Shown piece by piece: positions 10,508-19,817 of a stretch of 37,838 bases of DNA. The stretch is from positions 1 through 37,838 of the forward strand of contig JBNKUM010000012.1 in NCBI GenBank assembly GCA_050298595.1. The letters run 5' to 3'. Both the position numbers and the translations under genes were made by a program. The stretch is from Gammaproteobacteria bacterium. Its GTDB lineage: Bacteria; Pseudomonadota; Gammaproteobacteria; GCA-001735895. The notes beneath the pieces were generated by a model. The model was not told the origin of the DNA, did no database searches, and worked only from the letters and a program-made list of their open reading frames with translations. Numbering within the stretch: the stretch's first letter is position 1; the number at the start of each line of letters is the position of its first letter.

Positions 10508-11218
10508 TTATTTTACCACTACACGTCGACGGGCAGCCAGTCCAGCGATGCCCAGGCCAAGTAGTAGCAAAGTGGAGGGTTCTGGAACAGCATGTACCGA
10601 CAGTTTCCACTCTTCGGTTTCGCCCTGGTAGTAATGACCTGTTGCAACTAGAAGGTCTTCATAGTTATTGGTGTAATTTGGGGTCCACTGATCGTCCCAG
10701 CTTCCACCATACATATTAGTTACAGAGTGACTACAGGTCGCTAATGCACGCAACCAGATATCACCAACATCACCATCAGTTAATGTGTATTCAACAGATA
10801 AATATTCCAGGTCAGGAATAGTTGGTGTGTTCCAGGTATCGATATTTGTCTGAGGCTCTGAGGTCAGCAAATGTTCCCCATAAATTACGGAATCAATGCT
10901 ATCAAAGCTTCCGTCCTGCCCCCAGTCCACCCATGCTTTTGCCAGGTCGGCATAGTGGGTACCAACGTTGTCTTTGTGCATATTCAACTTAAATTGAACG
11001 GTTTGACCAACATATAGATCACTGGTACGGCCCCAGGTTGTTCCTCCATCCAGACTCCATGAAACGCCATATTCGTCTCCTGCGGGTTCATTGGCCAGCT
11101 CTTGCCATGCCATAGTTTCATGTGTGGCTTCGCCATAAGAAATGGGGATAGCATAACTACTTGATACCCATAATGTTGCCATCACTGCGCTGCCAATAGT
11201 GGCTATAATTTTGTTCAT
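10508..11218 (-). CDS. PEP-CTERM sorting-domain protein with a GEVED-like domain
   Basis: Signal peptide MNKIIATIG...SSYA (ATG at 11218 with an AAGGGG RBS). AWVDWGQDGSF...IWLR...GETEEW is GEVED-like. C-terminus is VPEPSTLLLLGLGIAGLAARRR. Confidence 0.9.
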   Translation of the reverse strand: MNKIIATIGSAVMATLWVSSSYAIPISYGEATHETMAWQELANEPAGDEYGVSWSLDGGTTWGRTSDLYVGQTVQFKLNMHKDNVGTHYADLAKAWVDWGQDGSFDSIDSVIYGEHLLTSEPQTNIDTWNTPTIPDLEYLSVEYTLTDGDVGDIWLRALATCSHSVTNMYGGSWDDQWTPNYTNNYEDLLVATGHYYQGETEEWKLSVHAVPEPSTLLLLGLGIAGLAARRRVVVK

Positions 11219-11256
11219 AAGTTTCCCCTTAAAAAGAATTAAATAAGCCTGCTTCA

Positions 11257-11270
11257 GCAAATTCTACACC
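11257..11270 (-). promoter_or_regulatory. Sigma54 -24/-12 promoter of the PEP-CTERM gene
   Basis: Minus strand reads aGG-tgtagaattt-GC (GG-N10-GC, ending TTGC), about 40 bp upstream of the ATG. Confidence 0.75.
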
Positions 11271-11291
11271 TAAATGTAATAATTTGATTAA

Positions 11292-11304
11292 AATCAGTAA
11301 CTTA
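11292..11304 (+). promoter_or_regulatory. IHF-like site between enhancer and sigma54 promoter
   Basis: AATCAGTAACTTA fits WATCAR-N4-TTR and sits in the expected position. Confidence 0.55.
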
Positions 11305-11325
11305 ATTATATTGACTATTCGTGAT

Positions 11326-11375
11326 TGTAAATTTTTCTGACGGTACTTAATTATGATGTGTAAACTTCTTTGACA
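11326..11375. promoter_or_regulatory. Two PEP-CTERM-box (PrsR-type enhancer) sites
   Basis: TGTAAATTTTTCTGACG (11326-11342) and TGTAAACTTCTTTGACA (11359-11375; TGT-N11-ACA). Confidence 0.7.
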
Positions 11376-11459
11376 GGTTATTGAAAGACTGATTTCTGGC
11401 GCAGTAGATTCATCCTGAATCCGAAAGGCTCCTGGTTTCCCTTACAGTTTAGGATCCAT

Positions 11460-11711
11460 CTACAACGGCAACACCTGTTCAAGCCAGTCATCTATTCGCT
11501 GATCAGTCTGTAGATGCTGCAAATACTGATCCAGAGCCAGGCCAATAAAAAGCCCATCGACTACGGCACGTGAGTGGGTGAAGTCAAAACCTTCGGTGGA
11601 AGAGGAAGCGACCAGCTTAGCACCAGCAGCGCTGAAGAATTCATATAGATCCATCATCGCATCCAGAAAGTGTCTGGGGTAAAGTTCCTGATCACCCAGT
11701 CCATATAGTGC
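11460..11711 (-). pseudogene. Long-chain flavodoxin (FldA/NifF-like), C-terminal half only
   Basis: ALYGLGDQELYPRHFLDAM...STEGFDFTHSRAVVDGLFIGLALDQ...TDQRIDDWL; the 5' half is replaced by the IS110 remnant. Confidence 0.85.
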
Positions 11712-12188
11712 CGTTCACGAATTCGTTGAAGTGACTGGAGATCCTGCTGCTCCAAAGCCTTCACTGGAACAAAGCTCGCCCTGGGTCGGTGTACAGCCTC
11801 TGCAGCGGCGATGGCATCGTTGTGGTCGTTTTTTTGCCGGCAACGAAAGGCTTGACCTGGTAAGGAGGCATTAGCTTGACCGTATGTCCGAGTGCTTGAA
11901 TAGCTCGCCCCCAGGGATGCGAGGTATAGCAGGCTTTCATGACAACCGTGGTTGGTCCGAATTGGGATAGCGTTGACAGTAATTTGTTACGCGTTACTTT
12001 TTTGTTGGAGGCGATCTTTTGATCATCATCCATGGATGGCACAGACCTGGAAAACATTTTTTTTGAAAAATCGACGCTGGCTAAACTATTCTTCCTGATG
12101 GAACCCCGTTGCTTGTTGATTGAATAAAGCACTTCACTCCAAGTTTATCGCATACGATTCCAGATGGCAGGGTGTCCATCTCAGCACC
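11712..12188 (-). mobile_element. IS110-family (IS1111-like) remnant: left end plus frameshifted N-terminal DEDD domain
   Basis: VVMKAC...WGR...LGHTVKLMPPYQVKPFV...K(N)DHNDAIAAAEAV.RP...FVPVK..EQQDLQSLQRIRER across frameshifts; the left end reads CTGAGATGGACACCCTGCC. Confidence 0.85.
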
Positions 12189-12660
12189 CACCTTTTGGAA
12201 AGGAAATTAATCTATTCAGCTACTGCTTCAGTTAAAAGAGAGTGTCATTATGTCGAAATTAGTGTTTTGCTATACCGTATCGAATATTTTTTTCTCTGGC
12301 CGGCTTATTAAGACAAAATGATCCTGCAATTTTTGCTACCAGATTGAGGATGGAAAGAATTATCAGGGGGAGGGTTTATGTGTCAGGGAAAACCCCAGCA
12401 CAGCGCTTTACGCCGTGCACCTAGTTCTTGCCCATTTGCTCACAGGCTTGTCTGATTTTATACGTGCTACCCACCAGTGATTTAAACGGGCTTTCGAAAT
12501 CCTCTGTCAGGTAAACCCAGTGCCAGGAATCGATATTCAGCCGGGTCATGATGTCAGGTAGATGCTCAGGAACGCATCCTTATTTTATTCTCGCGCAGAA
12601 TACGTTCTGTCCAGTCCATCAGTTCCAGGCCATGCAGGCAGCCAATGCCTTTTCATCTAA
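12186..12660 (-). mobile_element. Y1/HUH (RAYT-like) transposase remnant, copy 2, internally deleted
   Basis: LDEKALAACMA (the helix just before the catalytic Tyr in this family) is joined directly to LELMDWT.RILRE...HW.YLTEDFESPFKSLVG. Contains a frameshift and a stop; the tail is homologous to copy 1. Confidence 0.8.
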
Positions 12661-12664
12661 CTGT

Positions 12665-13393
12665 TTAAAATATGTCCGTAATATACGGTCTAATTTTTCG
12701 ACGAGCTAAACTTAAACCGATCAGGCCAGTTAACATAAGGGCTAGGATTGACGGTTCGGGTACTGACGACGATATTTTCCTGTAAACCCAACCACCAGGC
12801 CAGCCGATTCGACAATCATCCGTCATGCAAACCGTATCTCGATGTATATCAAGACCGAGTTCCGCTTCTGCTTGCGACCTAAATAATCCATTTGGGTAGA
12901 ATTGGCTTGCCCACATCATATCCCCGACAATCCCTTGCTGACCAGCAGAATAATTACGCGTCCAACCGTTGGCCCATGCCATCGATTGACCACCAAGTGA
13001 ATCACTATAGGTATAATTGAAATCATTGAAAAAGCTAAATAGCGCTTCATTCTCAAGCTGTACAGTATTATTGCTGTTGAGGCTGGTCAAGCCAGACCCT
13101 CCTGCATAATATTTGAACAGCTCATTTACCTCAGAATTTGAAGCCCATGTGTAGCCTGTTAAGTCAACACTACCTAATAAGGGACGTTCAAGCAAGCAAC
13201 CGGCAACATCGCATTCGCCTGTCGTGGTATCGAATATAGCATCAAAATCATTCCAGCTGTAGCCGATACCATCTTGACCTTGAGGATCATTAGCAAGTTG
13301 TCTCCAATCTTTATCACCAATTATTACAGCATGAACCTGTGCCGACATAAGCAATAAAAATGAAGTACCAAGAAATATTTTAATTATGTCCAT
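12665..13393 (-). CDS. PEP-CTERM sorting-domain protein
   Basis: Signal peptide (...AQVHA), C-terminal VPEPSILALMLTGLIGLSLARRK, and a GAGGG RBS. Confidence 0.9.
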   Translation of the reverse strand: MDIIKIFLGTSFLLLMSAQVHAVIIGDKDWRQLANDPQGQDGIGYSWNDFDAIFDTTTGECDVAGCLLERPLLGSVDLTGYTWASNSEVNELFKYYAGGSGLTSLNSNNTVQLENEALFSFFNDFNYTYSDSLGGQSMAWANGWTRNYSAGQQGIVGDMMWASQFYPNGLFRSQAEAELGLDIHRDTVCMTDDCRIGWPGGWVYRKISSSVPEPSILALMLTGLIGLSLARRKIRPYITDIF

Positions 13394-13477
13394 ATCAATT
13401 CCCTCTAAATGATATTCGAATATCGCATAAATTTATTATGACTTTTGTGACAAGGGTCTTAGATTTTGGAAAATAAA

Positions 13478-14070
13478 CCATTTATGCCCGGTTAACAAAA
13501 GCCGAGTCCAAATTCTAGCTGAGGACTCATTTGTGAGTCGACTCTTTTTCGTTCCTTCTCTGGATTAAGCAATTGGTGTATAGAGCGACGACTGGTTAAG
13601 TTGACACTCATCAGGCGGCTTATTTGCTGCAGAGACAAATGACTAAACAACCCAACTACACCAACTTTATGAGAAAATAAGAAATCATCGCCGTCAGCAC
13701 CTGGATAGGGACCGCATTTCACTTCTGCCTAAAAATTTCTTTGCTTTACCCACTTAAAAAACTCTTTCTGCTAGCGTTGTTTGTAAAGTGAGGCCATCTC
13801 TGCCGTAGAGCACGCCAGATCACTGATAAAAACCAATAGCTTCTGATCTTCTGCACGGCGAAAATGTAATTCGCCGTATAGAAATCGGGCAATCTTTTTT
13901 GCTTTGCTTGCCGTTAACCGGATTACTTCATCAGCCAGAACCCCAGCCCCTTCGCCAGTCTCGTTTCGATCACCTCGAAGACCGCATTACTTTTCATTCG
14001 GCCCGCAAATTTTGAACCCTGTTGAGTCAGGCTGTAATGCCAGCCATAGTCATTGTACAGGTAACGCATG
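13478..14070 (-). mobile_element. IS4-family DDE transposase pseudogene (3' half) with probable right terminal inverted repeat
   Basis: Fragments YNDYGW.YSLTQQG..F..RMKSNAVFEVIE, IRRITF/RRAEDQKLLVFIS, MASLYKQR*Q.EFFKWVKQ, KKFLGRSE/AV.IQVLTAMIS and SLQQISRL..VNL..RRS; ends TTAACCGGGCATAAATG. Confidence 0.8.
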
Positions 14071-14149
14071 ATTTTCTTGGTGATCAATCGGGTGGAGCCA
14101 GAGTTGGTATCAAAAAAATTCCGATCTGTTTCATAGTATGTAACCTGAC

Positions 14150-14543
14150 CTGAAATCATGCCATCTACTTCGTCAAAGCCCTGCTTGATGATGTCCATAC
14201 CCTGCTGCTTAACCCATTCATGATCAGATTCGTTGGGAGTGAATTTGTCAGTCGAGAACAGGCGTGCAAAACCCTGCATATGCAAGTTTACGACTGCGTA
14301 ATTCATTGCTTCGATGATTTTTAGCTGTTGTTCCATGCGATAGACTGGAAATCAGTCAGGGCTGTGCCATCTTCACGTTGTAGTGTTGGGATAGTTGCTT
14401 TGGGATTGATGGCCAGATATTCAGTCTTGTTTTGATCGCCCGCCAGCAGATTAACTATGGCAACACTCGAATAGTGCTTCGCACTCTTCCTGCAGGATAT
14501 GAATGCCCGTACTACAACTGCCTGGCGTCATGTAAAACTTCAG
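14150..14543 (-). pseudogene. Glutathione S-transferase pseudogene
   Basis: (M>L)KFYMTPGSCSTGIHIL.EE / VNLLAGDQNKTEYLAINPKATIPTL.REDGTALTDFQSIAW / IIEAMNYAV..LHMQGFARLF. It has a frameshift and an internal deletion, and the 3' end is lost at the IS4 remnant. Confidence 0.85.
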
Positions 14544-14656
14544 TATAGTTCGCTAGCCTGACCCTGTTCATCAAATATCATAATTCTGGAATCTTCATCC
14601 TCTTCGGTGATGACAGATTTGGCTATCTTGCCAGCATCGTCATAGGTATATTCATG
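14540..14656 (-). pseudogene. C-terminal fragment of a DUF6156-like protein
   Basis: HEYTYDDAGKIAKSVITEEDEDSRIMIFDEQG...ELY*. Its TGA overlaps the GST start position (CTGA, consistent with a mutated ATGA coupling). The family call is from memory. Confidence 0.5.
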
Positions 14657-14689
14657 TGGTGTAATTGGTTAGTGTTTAGCTGTTTGTCC

Positions 14690-14739
14690 TGTCTGTATTG
14701 AGACATTATGTTTTGATGAAATCTGTCGCGCTTATGACA
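14690..14739. promoter_or_regulatory. Two NifA-type upstream activator sequences (TGT-N10-ACA)
   Basis: TGT-ctgtattgag-ACA (14690-14705) and TGT-cgcgcttatg-ACA (14724-14739), directly upstream of the DUF6156/GST remnants. Confidence 0.6.
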
Positions 14740-15242
14740 ATTGTCTGTGCGCTAGTGTGATTAATCACACCTGTAACAAAAGTTTGATTTATAAATGGTC
14801 ATACAGTCGCTTATTCATATAAGTTAAAGTTTACATCTACCTGAAATAATGGAATGTAATCGACATGAATAATAATAAGTTGAATTGAATCTTGTTCTGC
14901 CAGGGGCTTTTCTACTATCTCTCCAAATGGACAGGTTACCCATGAAAAAATTTCTTCGTAAACTTCTCGAATATAGCGCCTATACGGCTGTTACGATCAT
15001 TTTATTTTCTGTTGCTTGTATTGGCAGACTGATAGGATATGAAATGTGCAAACAGGGCATTGTACTCAGTCCAGTAGGATCAAAGATAGGATGCTTAAAA
15101 TACGTCGGCATGTCATGTCAATTATTCTGTTATCGGAATACATAAAAAGATCGAATGTCCTTATACAGGTCAAGCCTGGTATGTAAAGAGGGCACAACCC
15201 GCTATACTCTATGCCAAATGACACAGGGGCATTATTTTCGCA

Positions 15243-17954
15243 ATGGACATTACATGGATTTACTGGATTGCTGCAATTGCAGCGCTATTGATTGCAGTCA
15301 GGTATGTGCTGGTTTATCGTCTGATCAGCAATCTTGGTTGTCGTATGCCGAGCATTGAGCGTGCTGATTTTGATGACATACCTGACGATGCTATCACTAT
15401 TCTGGGACAGGCTGATCGTGAGCTAGAACGATTGGGCTTTCATTTTCAGTGTTACCTGAAAATTAAGGCTGCTTTGTTCCAGACTCAGGGTGATTTAGCA
15501 GAATTCGGTAAAGCGTTTTATCACCCAGTTTCACATACCGTTAGCCTGGTCACGATTAATTCGTTCTGGCAATTGAATAACCCGATCATAGTCAGTTTTT
15601 CGACGCTATACCGCGATGGCTTTTCGATTCAAACCACTTCATTTCTGGGGAGCTTTGGGTTGCCATTACCCGAGAATGTTGATTTAAAGGATTCAGAAAC
15701 ACACGATATCGCCAAACAGTGGAAAACCCATACTCAACGCATCGCAGGTGATAGCCACGGGGAGTCGGTTAACCTGAGTACGCCGGGACTTCTGCTTAAA
15801 GCAAGTCAGATTGAATTTGAGCAACTCATGCAGTTCTGGATCGCGCAGGGTGTTTTCAGGCACAGGGGAACATCTACTGAAGGCCTGTCTCTTTCATCCA
15901 AATACGCCATGAGGTTATCGAAATGGATGCTTGTTGCAATGAGCAGGGCATCGAAGAAAGCCCTGGACCTGAAGTCGATACCAGCACCCGTGTTAAAGGC
16001 CTGGGATGGCCAGATCATTCGATTGCTGATAGCGGAGAGTGAGCGTAAATCTGGCTGGTTGGGCAAGTTGCTGCTATTTGTCGGTAGCGCTGTATTTTTT
16101 GCAATCGCATTCGGGGTTGTGTTTTCCTGGGAGTTTGTACCTATCCTCATCGGCGTGTTGTTGTTGCATGAACTTGGGCACTTTTATGCAATGAAATGGA
16201 CCGGCTATAAGGATTTACAGATTTTCTTCGTACCCTTACTTGGTGCAGCGGTTAGTGGTAGTAAACATGATGCTACGCCTTTACAGCAATTGTTTGTTTA
16301 CCTGATGGGGCCGATGCCGGGTTTACTTCTGTCTATTCCCTTACTGGTATATGGCTATACCTCAAACAATGAGCTGGCTATCGCTGTCGGTATGTTTGCA
16401 CTCATAATTAATTACCTGAATCTGCTACCGATAACCCCGCTGGACGGAGGTCGTGTACTCGATGCCCTGCTGTTTACGCGGTTTCCGCGCGCACAATTTA
16501 TCTTCACCGCGTTGAGTACAGCTGCTTTGCTGTTGGCTGGTATTTATATGCTTGACCAGATCTTGCTGCTGGTTGGCGGTCTGCTGGTTTTGAGCCTGCC
16601 TTCAAGCTGGACGGCCAGCCGGATCAAAGCTGAGTTACAAAAAATAAAGAGGCAGAGTGAAAATCCGGGTGATGCGCATCAACTCACGCTCGACACGCTG
16701 CTTTCACCAGGGCTGGACAGCATCCAGCGTGCAAAGAGACTCAATACTTCAAAACAGGTTTTGCATAGCGCTCAGATCAATCATGCGACAGTAGCTGTCA
16801 CGCTTGCAGGTTTGATCATTTATGTGGTTTGCCTGTTGTCGCCATTAGCCGTGGTAGCTGGTATTGGTGTGTATTCGTTAGGAAGCGATAAACTGCTTGA
16901 GTTTAGCGACCGATTGCTGGCATCTAACGATGATTTTGTTAGCGAGGAAAACTGGCAGCAACTTCTGGACGAAGCTGATAGCGACGAAGAACGTTGGCAT
17001 ATCCTGACTATGTCGTTCTATCAGTTGGTCGATAGCTCCCCTGAAATCGCAAAGCAAAACCTGGATAAGGCTATAGATATCAGTTTTACTTTTGATGTGC
17101 AAAATGACCAGATATTGCAGACCTGGTATATGCTGAATGTAGAGGAATTGAGTGAACAGTACAAGCTCGACAGAATCGAAAAAGCCATTGAACATTATCG
17201 ATCTATTGCTGAGGGTTCGTATCTGTTGACGCAACTGTATCAGTTGCGGGCCAGTTTGCTGTCTGATCCAGAGCAGAAAATCGATGCCTATCAACAGCTG
17301 ATTTCAATGCTTGGAGCAGAGAGCGCTGTCGAAAATCCAGTTATCTTCACGCTCCGCAGTCAGCTTGCAAAAGTCTATTACCAGCAGGGACAATTTGCTG
17401 AAACCGAGCAGTTATTACTGCGTAACAGCGAGTGGCAGATAGCGAATAATCAAATGGATTCTGACGCTGTTGAACTGATCTGGTTTTATCGCGCGACTGA
17501 ACAGAATAATGCCGCTATCAAGTTGGGCAATAAGCTGCTTGATAAGCTCAGCAAACTGGATGGCGAGGAACAACATCATCAGCGTATGCGAATCCTGCAA
17601 CCGATGATGTGGATTGCCTGCGAAAATGCTCAACGTGCCGAATGCCTGGAATATATGGATGATATCATCGCCGACTGGAAAGCACTTTTTGAAGATAATA
17701 AAACCATGGCAGGGAATAGAGCGGTGCCGCTCGAACACTATAGCTGTACTACTCGCGTAACGGCCTATCATCTACTTGGGGATGGGCAACAGGCGAGAGC
17801 AATCGCCAGTCAGTTTCTCATTCAACACCCGAACTTTAAAGCTGCCAGCACGGAGATGAGCAGTGAGTTCTTTTCAGAGGACTGGAACCGCTTATATGAA
17901 GAAGAAAGTGAACATATACAGAATGTCTATCATATTGCCATTGCTTATGACTAA
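15243..17954 (+). CDS. Site-2 protease (M50) family membrane metalloprotease with N-terminal soluble domain and C-terminal TPR-like region
   Basis: LLHELGH (HExxH), MGPMPG and NLLPITPLDGGR (NxxPxxxxDG) motifs, multiple TM segments and a helical repeat tail. Confidence 0.9.
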   Translation: MDITWIYWIAAIAALLIAVRYVLVYRLISNLGCRMPSIERADFDDIPDDAITILGQADRELERLGFHFQCYLKIKAALFQTQGDLAEFGKAFYHPVSHTVSLVTINSFWQLNNPIIVSFSTLYRDGFSIQTTSFLGSFGLPLPENVDLKDSETHDIAKQWKTHTQRIAGDSHGESVNLSTPGLLLKASQIEFEQLMQFWIAQGVFRHRGTSTEGLSLSSKYAMRLSKWMLVAMSRASKKALDLKSIPAPVLKAWDGQIIRLLIAESERKSGWLGKLLLFVGSAVFFAIAFGVVFSWEFVPILIGVLLLHELGHFYAMKWTGYKDLQIFFVPLLGAAVSGSKHDATPLQQLFVYLMGPMPGLLLSIPLLVYGYTSNNELAIAVGMFALIINYLNLLPITPLDGGRVLDALLFTRFPRAQFIFTALSTAALLLAGIYMLDQILLLVGGLLVLSLPSSWTASRIKAELQKIKRQSENPGDAHQLTLDTLLSPGLDSIQRAKRLNTSKQVLHSAQINHATVAVTLAGLIIYVVCLLSPLAVVAGIGVYSLGSDKLLEFSDRLLASNDDFVSEENWQQLLDEADSDEERWHILTMSFYQLVDSSPEIAKQNLDKAIDISFTFDVQNDQILQTWYMLNVEELSEQYKLDRIEKAIEHYRSIAEGSYLLTQLYQLRASLLSDPEQKIDAYQQLISMLGAESAVENPVIFTLRSQLAKVYYQQGQFAETEQLLLRNSEWQIANNQMDSDAVELIWFYRATEQNNAAIKLGNKLLDKLSKLDGEEQHHQRMRILQPMMWIACENAQRAECLEYMDDIIADWKALFEDNKTMAGNRAVPLEHYSCTTRVTAYHLLGDGQQARAIASQFLIQHPNFKAASTEMSSEFFSEDWNRLYEEESEHIQNVYHIAIAYD

Positions 17955-18034
17955 TCGCGGGACGTCTTTTTATTCCGTTCTGATATAAAAAGCTAAACGA
18001 AAAATGTACCTGATTCATAACGACAAGGTTTACC

Positions 18035-18195
18035 GGGAAGCGGAAGCCTTGCCTATAAGGACATAGGTAAGGGGCGAGAGCAGGACGCGGAAGCCTTGTA
18101 ACTCCCAGGAATAGCTCGCTATTGTGCGACGTCACGCCTTGATCTACAGCACCTCAAACGCACTACAACTCGTCCAACTGCGTATTCTAGGTTTA
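18035..18195. repeat. MITE-like palindromic intergenic remnant
   Basis: Hairpins CCTTGCCTAT-N6-ATAGGTAAGG and AATAGC-tc-GCTATT, direct repeat GCGGAAGCCTTG x2, and an end (CAACTGCGTATTCTAGGTTTA) nearly identical to 33797-33817. Confidence 0.5.
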
Positions 18196-18227
18196 ATCAG
18201 TATTTTTTTACCTTAAGATTCAGAATT

Positions 18228-18250
18228 GAATGGGCTATAAAAGCCCATTC
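18228..18250. terminator. Hairpin between convergent genes (possible terminator)
   Basis: GAATGGGCT-ataaa-AGCCCATTC; weak U-tracts. Confidence 0.45.
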
Positions 18251-18318
18251 GGTTATAAATAAAAAATTGAGAGAAATTGATCTGGAATTTCAGGTATTTC
18301 TCCATCAATAGTTTTCAT

Positions 18319-19605
18319 CTACCAGACACCTCTTACACCAACAGTGATCGCCCAGAACTCAAGATCCGGAAACATATCATTCAGCTTCTGATCACCTATC
18401 GCTTGTGTCGGATAGCTATCTCCAGTTTGGCTGATTTTCTCCATATTTAAAGTCCACGAAAATCTCGGATTCATTTTGTATGTAATCATTGCACCGGTGG
18501 TTTTGGTATCCATGTCAGCCAGGCGATAATCAGCGGAGGCATAGTTCGGGTTGGCTTCACCGTCATTTAAACTGATTCGGTAAAAATCTGCCTTGCTCTG
18601 TTTACTGAGTCGATAATGTGGTGTGATGGTTAGCTTGTTACCCAGTTCCAGATTGTATTTCACATCATAGGTATGTGCGACTACCCCCCAGTCATCCTGA
18701 TAATAACGATAATCTAAATGCAGGGAGTCGTCCCCAATCGCAGTAACCAGGCTGCCTTTTAATGTCTGTTTTAAGCGGGACTCTGGCCGATTTTCCCATA
18801 CGTAATCTACCGGTAAGCCATTGCTGTCGATTACCGATATAATTTTATAAGGATCGGTTTGATAACCCTGTACAGAAGTGATGCCATAGTTCAGGTTGAG
18901 CAGTGTATATTTGTTGAGGACATGTGAGACTCCGACCATACCTTCAAAAGTGGTTTTGGCTTTTCCTGGGAATAAGTTGAACTCTTCTTCTCCACCACGG
19001 CCACCAGAAGCAGAAGTTGTAGTTTGAACTGGACTAGTAGCTGGAGGTACGGCAAATATTGATGCATAAGCATCGTTGAAACCACTGCTGGGGTTGACTG
19101 CGTCATAACTTATTGCGCCACCAATCGATAAAGTGGTGAGTTTTTTGTTTATATCCTGAAAGTAGGTATAGTTAGCGCCGGCAGAACGATAATCGGTTTC
19201 TGAAGAAAGACTGATGCCGCCCTGATAACGCGATAAGCGATCAATAGGTGTCATCCAGCTTATATTCAAAGCCAGCCGGTTATCTTCAAATCTGGAGTCC
19301 AGAGGCGTTAATCCAGGGGCAGTAGTATAGCTACCGAAGTCCTGTGATTGACTGGATGCATTGGCACCATTAGGAGATGAACCCGTCAGGCTATCAAGCA
19401 CCAGGTCATATTTTATATAGTCATCATCGGCTTTCTGAGTAGTGACTGACAGTACCGGTTCGAATACCGAAACACGGTCCTGATTCTGGTTGTCTTTTTC
19501 TGAATAACTGAGTACCGAAAAGTCGTAAAAGGTATCGGCTGCCTGGGTTTGTCCTACTGATAACAAAGTGCATACGGCAAGCCCTAATTTATCTTTTAGT
19601 TGCAT
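18319..19605 (-). CDS. DUF3570-family outer-membrane beta-barrel-like protein
   Basis: Signal peptide; DSLTGSSPNGA, GYQTDPYK, RPESR, YRYYQDDWG and SADYRL motifs; terminal aromatic beta-strand (GVRGVW). Confidence 0.85.
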   Translation of the reverse strand: MQLKDKLGLAVCTLLSVGQTQAADTFYDFSVLSYSEKDNQNQDRVSVFEPVLSVTTQKADDDYIKYDLVLDSLTGSSPNGANASSQSQDFGSYTTAPGLTPLDSRFEDNRLALNISWMTPIDRLSRYQGGISLSSETDYRSAGANYTYFQDINKKLTTLSIGGAISYDAVNPSSGFNDAYASIFAVPPATSPVQTTTSASGGRGGEEEFNLFPGKAKTTFEGMVGVSHVLNKYTLLNLNYGITSVQGYQTDPYKIISVIDSNGLPVDYVWENRPESRLKQTLKGSLVTAIGDDSLHLDYRYYQDDWGVVAHTYDVKYNLELGNKLTITPHYRLSKQSKADFYRISLNDGEANPNYASADYRLADMDTKTTGAMITYKMNPRFSWTLNMEKISQTGDSYPTQAIGDQKLNDMFPDLEFWAITVGVRGVW

Positions 19606-19817
19606 CCGCAGCCACCTCCACCAACACTACTACCACCGCTGGCGGATTCTTTACTGAAATAAATATGCTCATCCAGGCCAGTTTGCACAGGGTTAGGGTT
19701 TAAAGACATATTTTCTCTGGCCAGAGTACCTCGTTGCCAGGGTTTGACATCTTCAGGCATTAAATGGCTACAGGCACTGAGCGTGATTAGTATTGGAATG
19801 GATAAATAAAATTTCAT
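19596..19817 (-). CDS. DUF4266-family lipoprotein
   Basis: Lipobox LSAC; VKPWQRG.LA...HIYFSKE...GGGGCGCN; overlaps the DUF3570 start. Confidence 0.9.
   Translation of the reverse strand: MKFYLSIPILITLSACSHLMPEDVKPWQRGTLARENMSLNPNPVQTGLDEHIYFSKESASGGSSVGGGGCGCN

Noticed and set aside
9244-12660. Y1 copies 1 and 2 as a DGR template/variable repeat pair or an intact composite transposon
   Set aside because: Differences are not adenine-specific, there is no reverse transcriptase, and both copies are truncated transposase pseudogenes.
13489-13921. CCGGTTAAC...GTTAACCGG as terminal inverted repeats of a 430-bp MITE
   Set aside because: IS4 transposase homology continues past 13921 to about 14070, so the second copy is internal coding sequence.
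13923-14336. 137-aa ORF as a genuine gene
   Set aside because: It is an accidental chimera: the first ~63 aa are GST C-domain and the last ~45 aa are IS4 transposase (YNDYGW...RMKSNA).
14755-14770. CRP/FNR site
   Set aside because: Half-site spacing is 4 bp, not the required 6 (CRP), and the half sites are not TTGAT/ATCAA (FNR).
14885-15358. Small ORFs upstream of the M50 gene
   Set aside because: Short, with no recognisable motif, and one overlaps the M50 start out of frame. A small membrane peptide from 14942 cannot be excluded but is unsupported.
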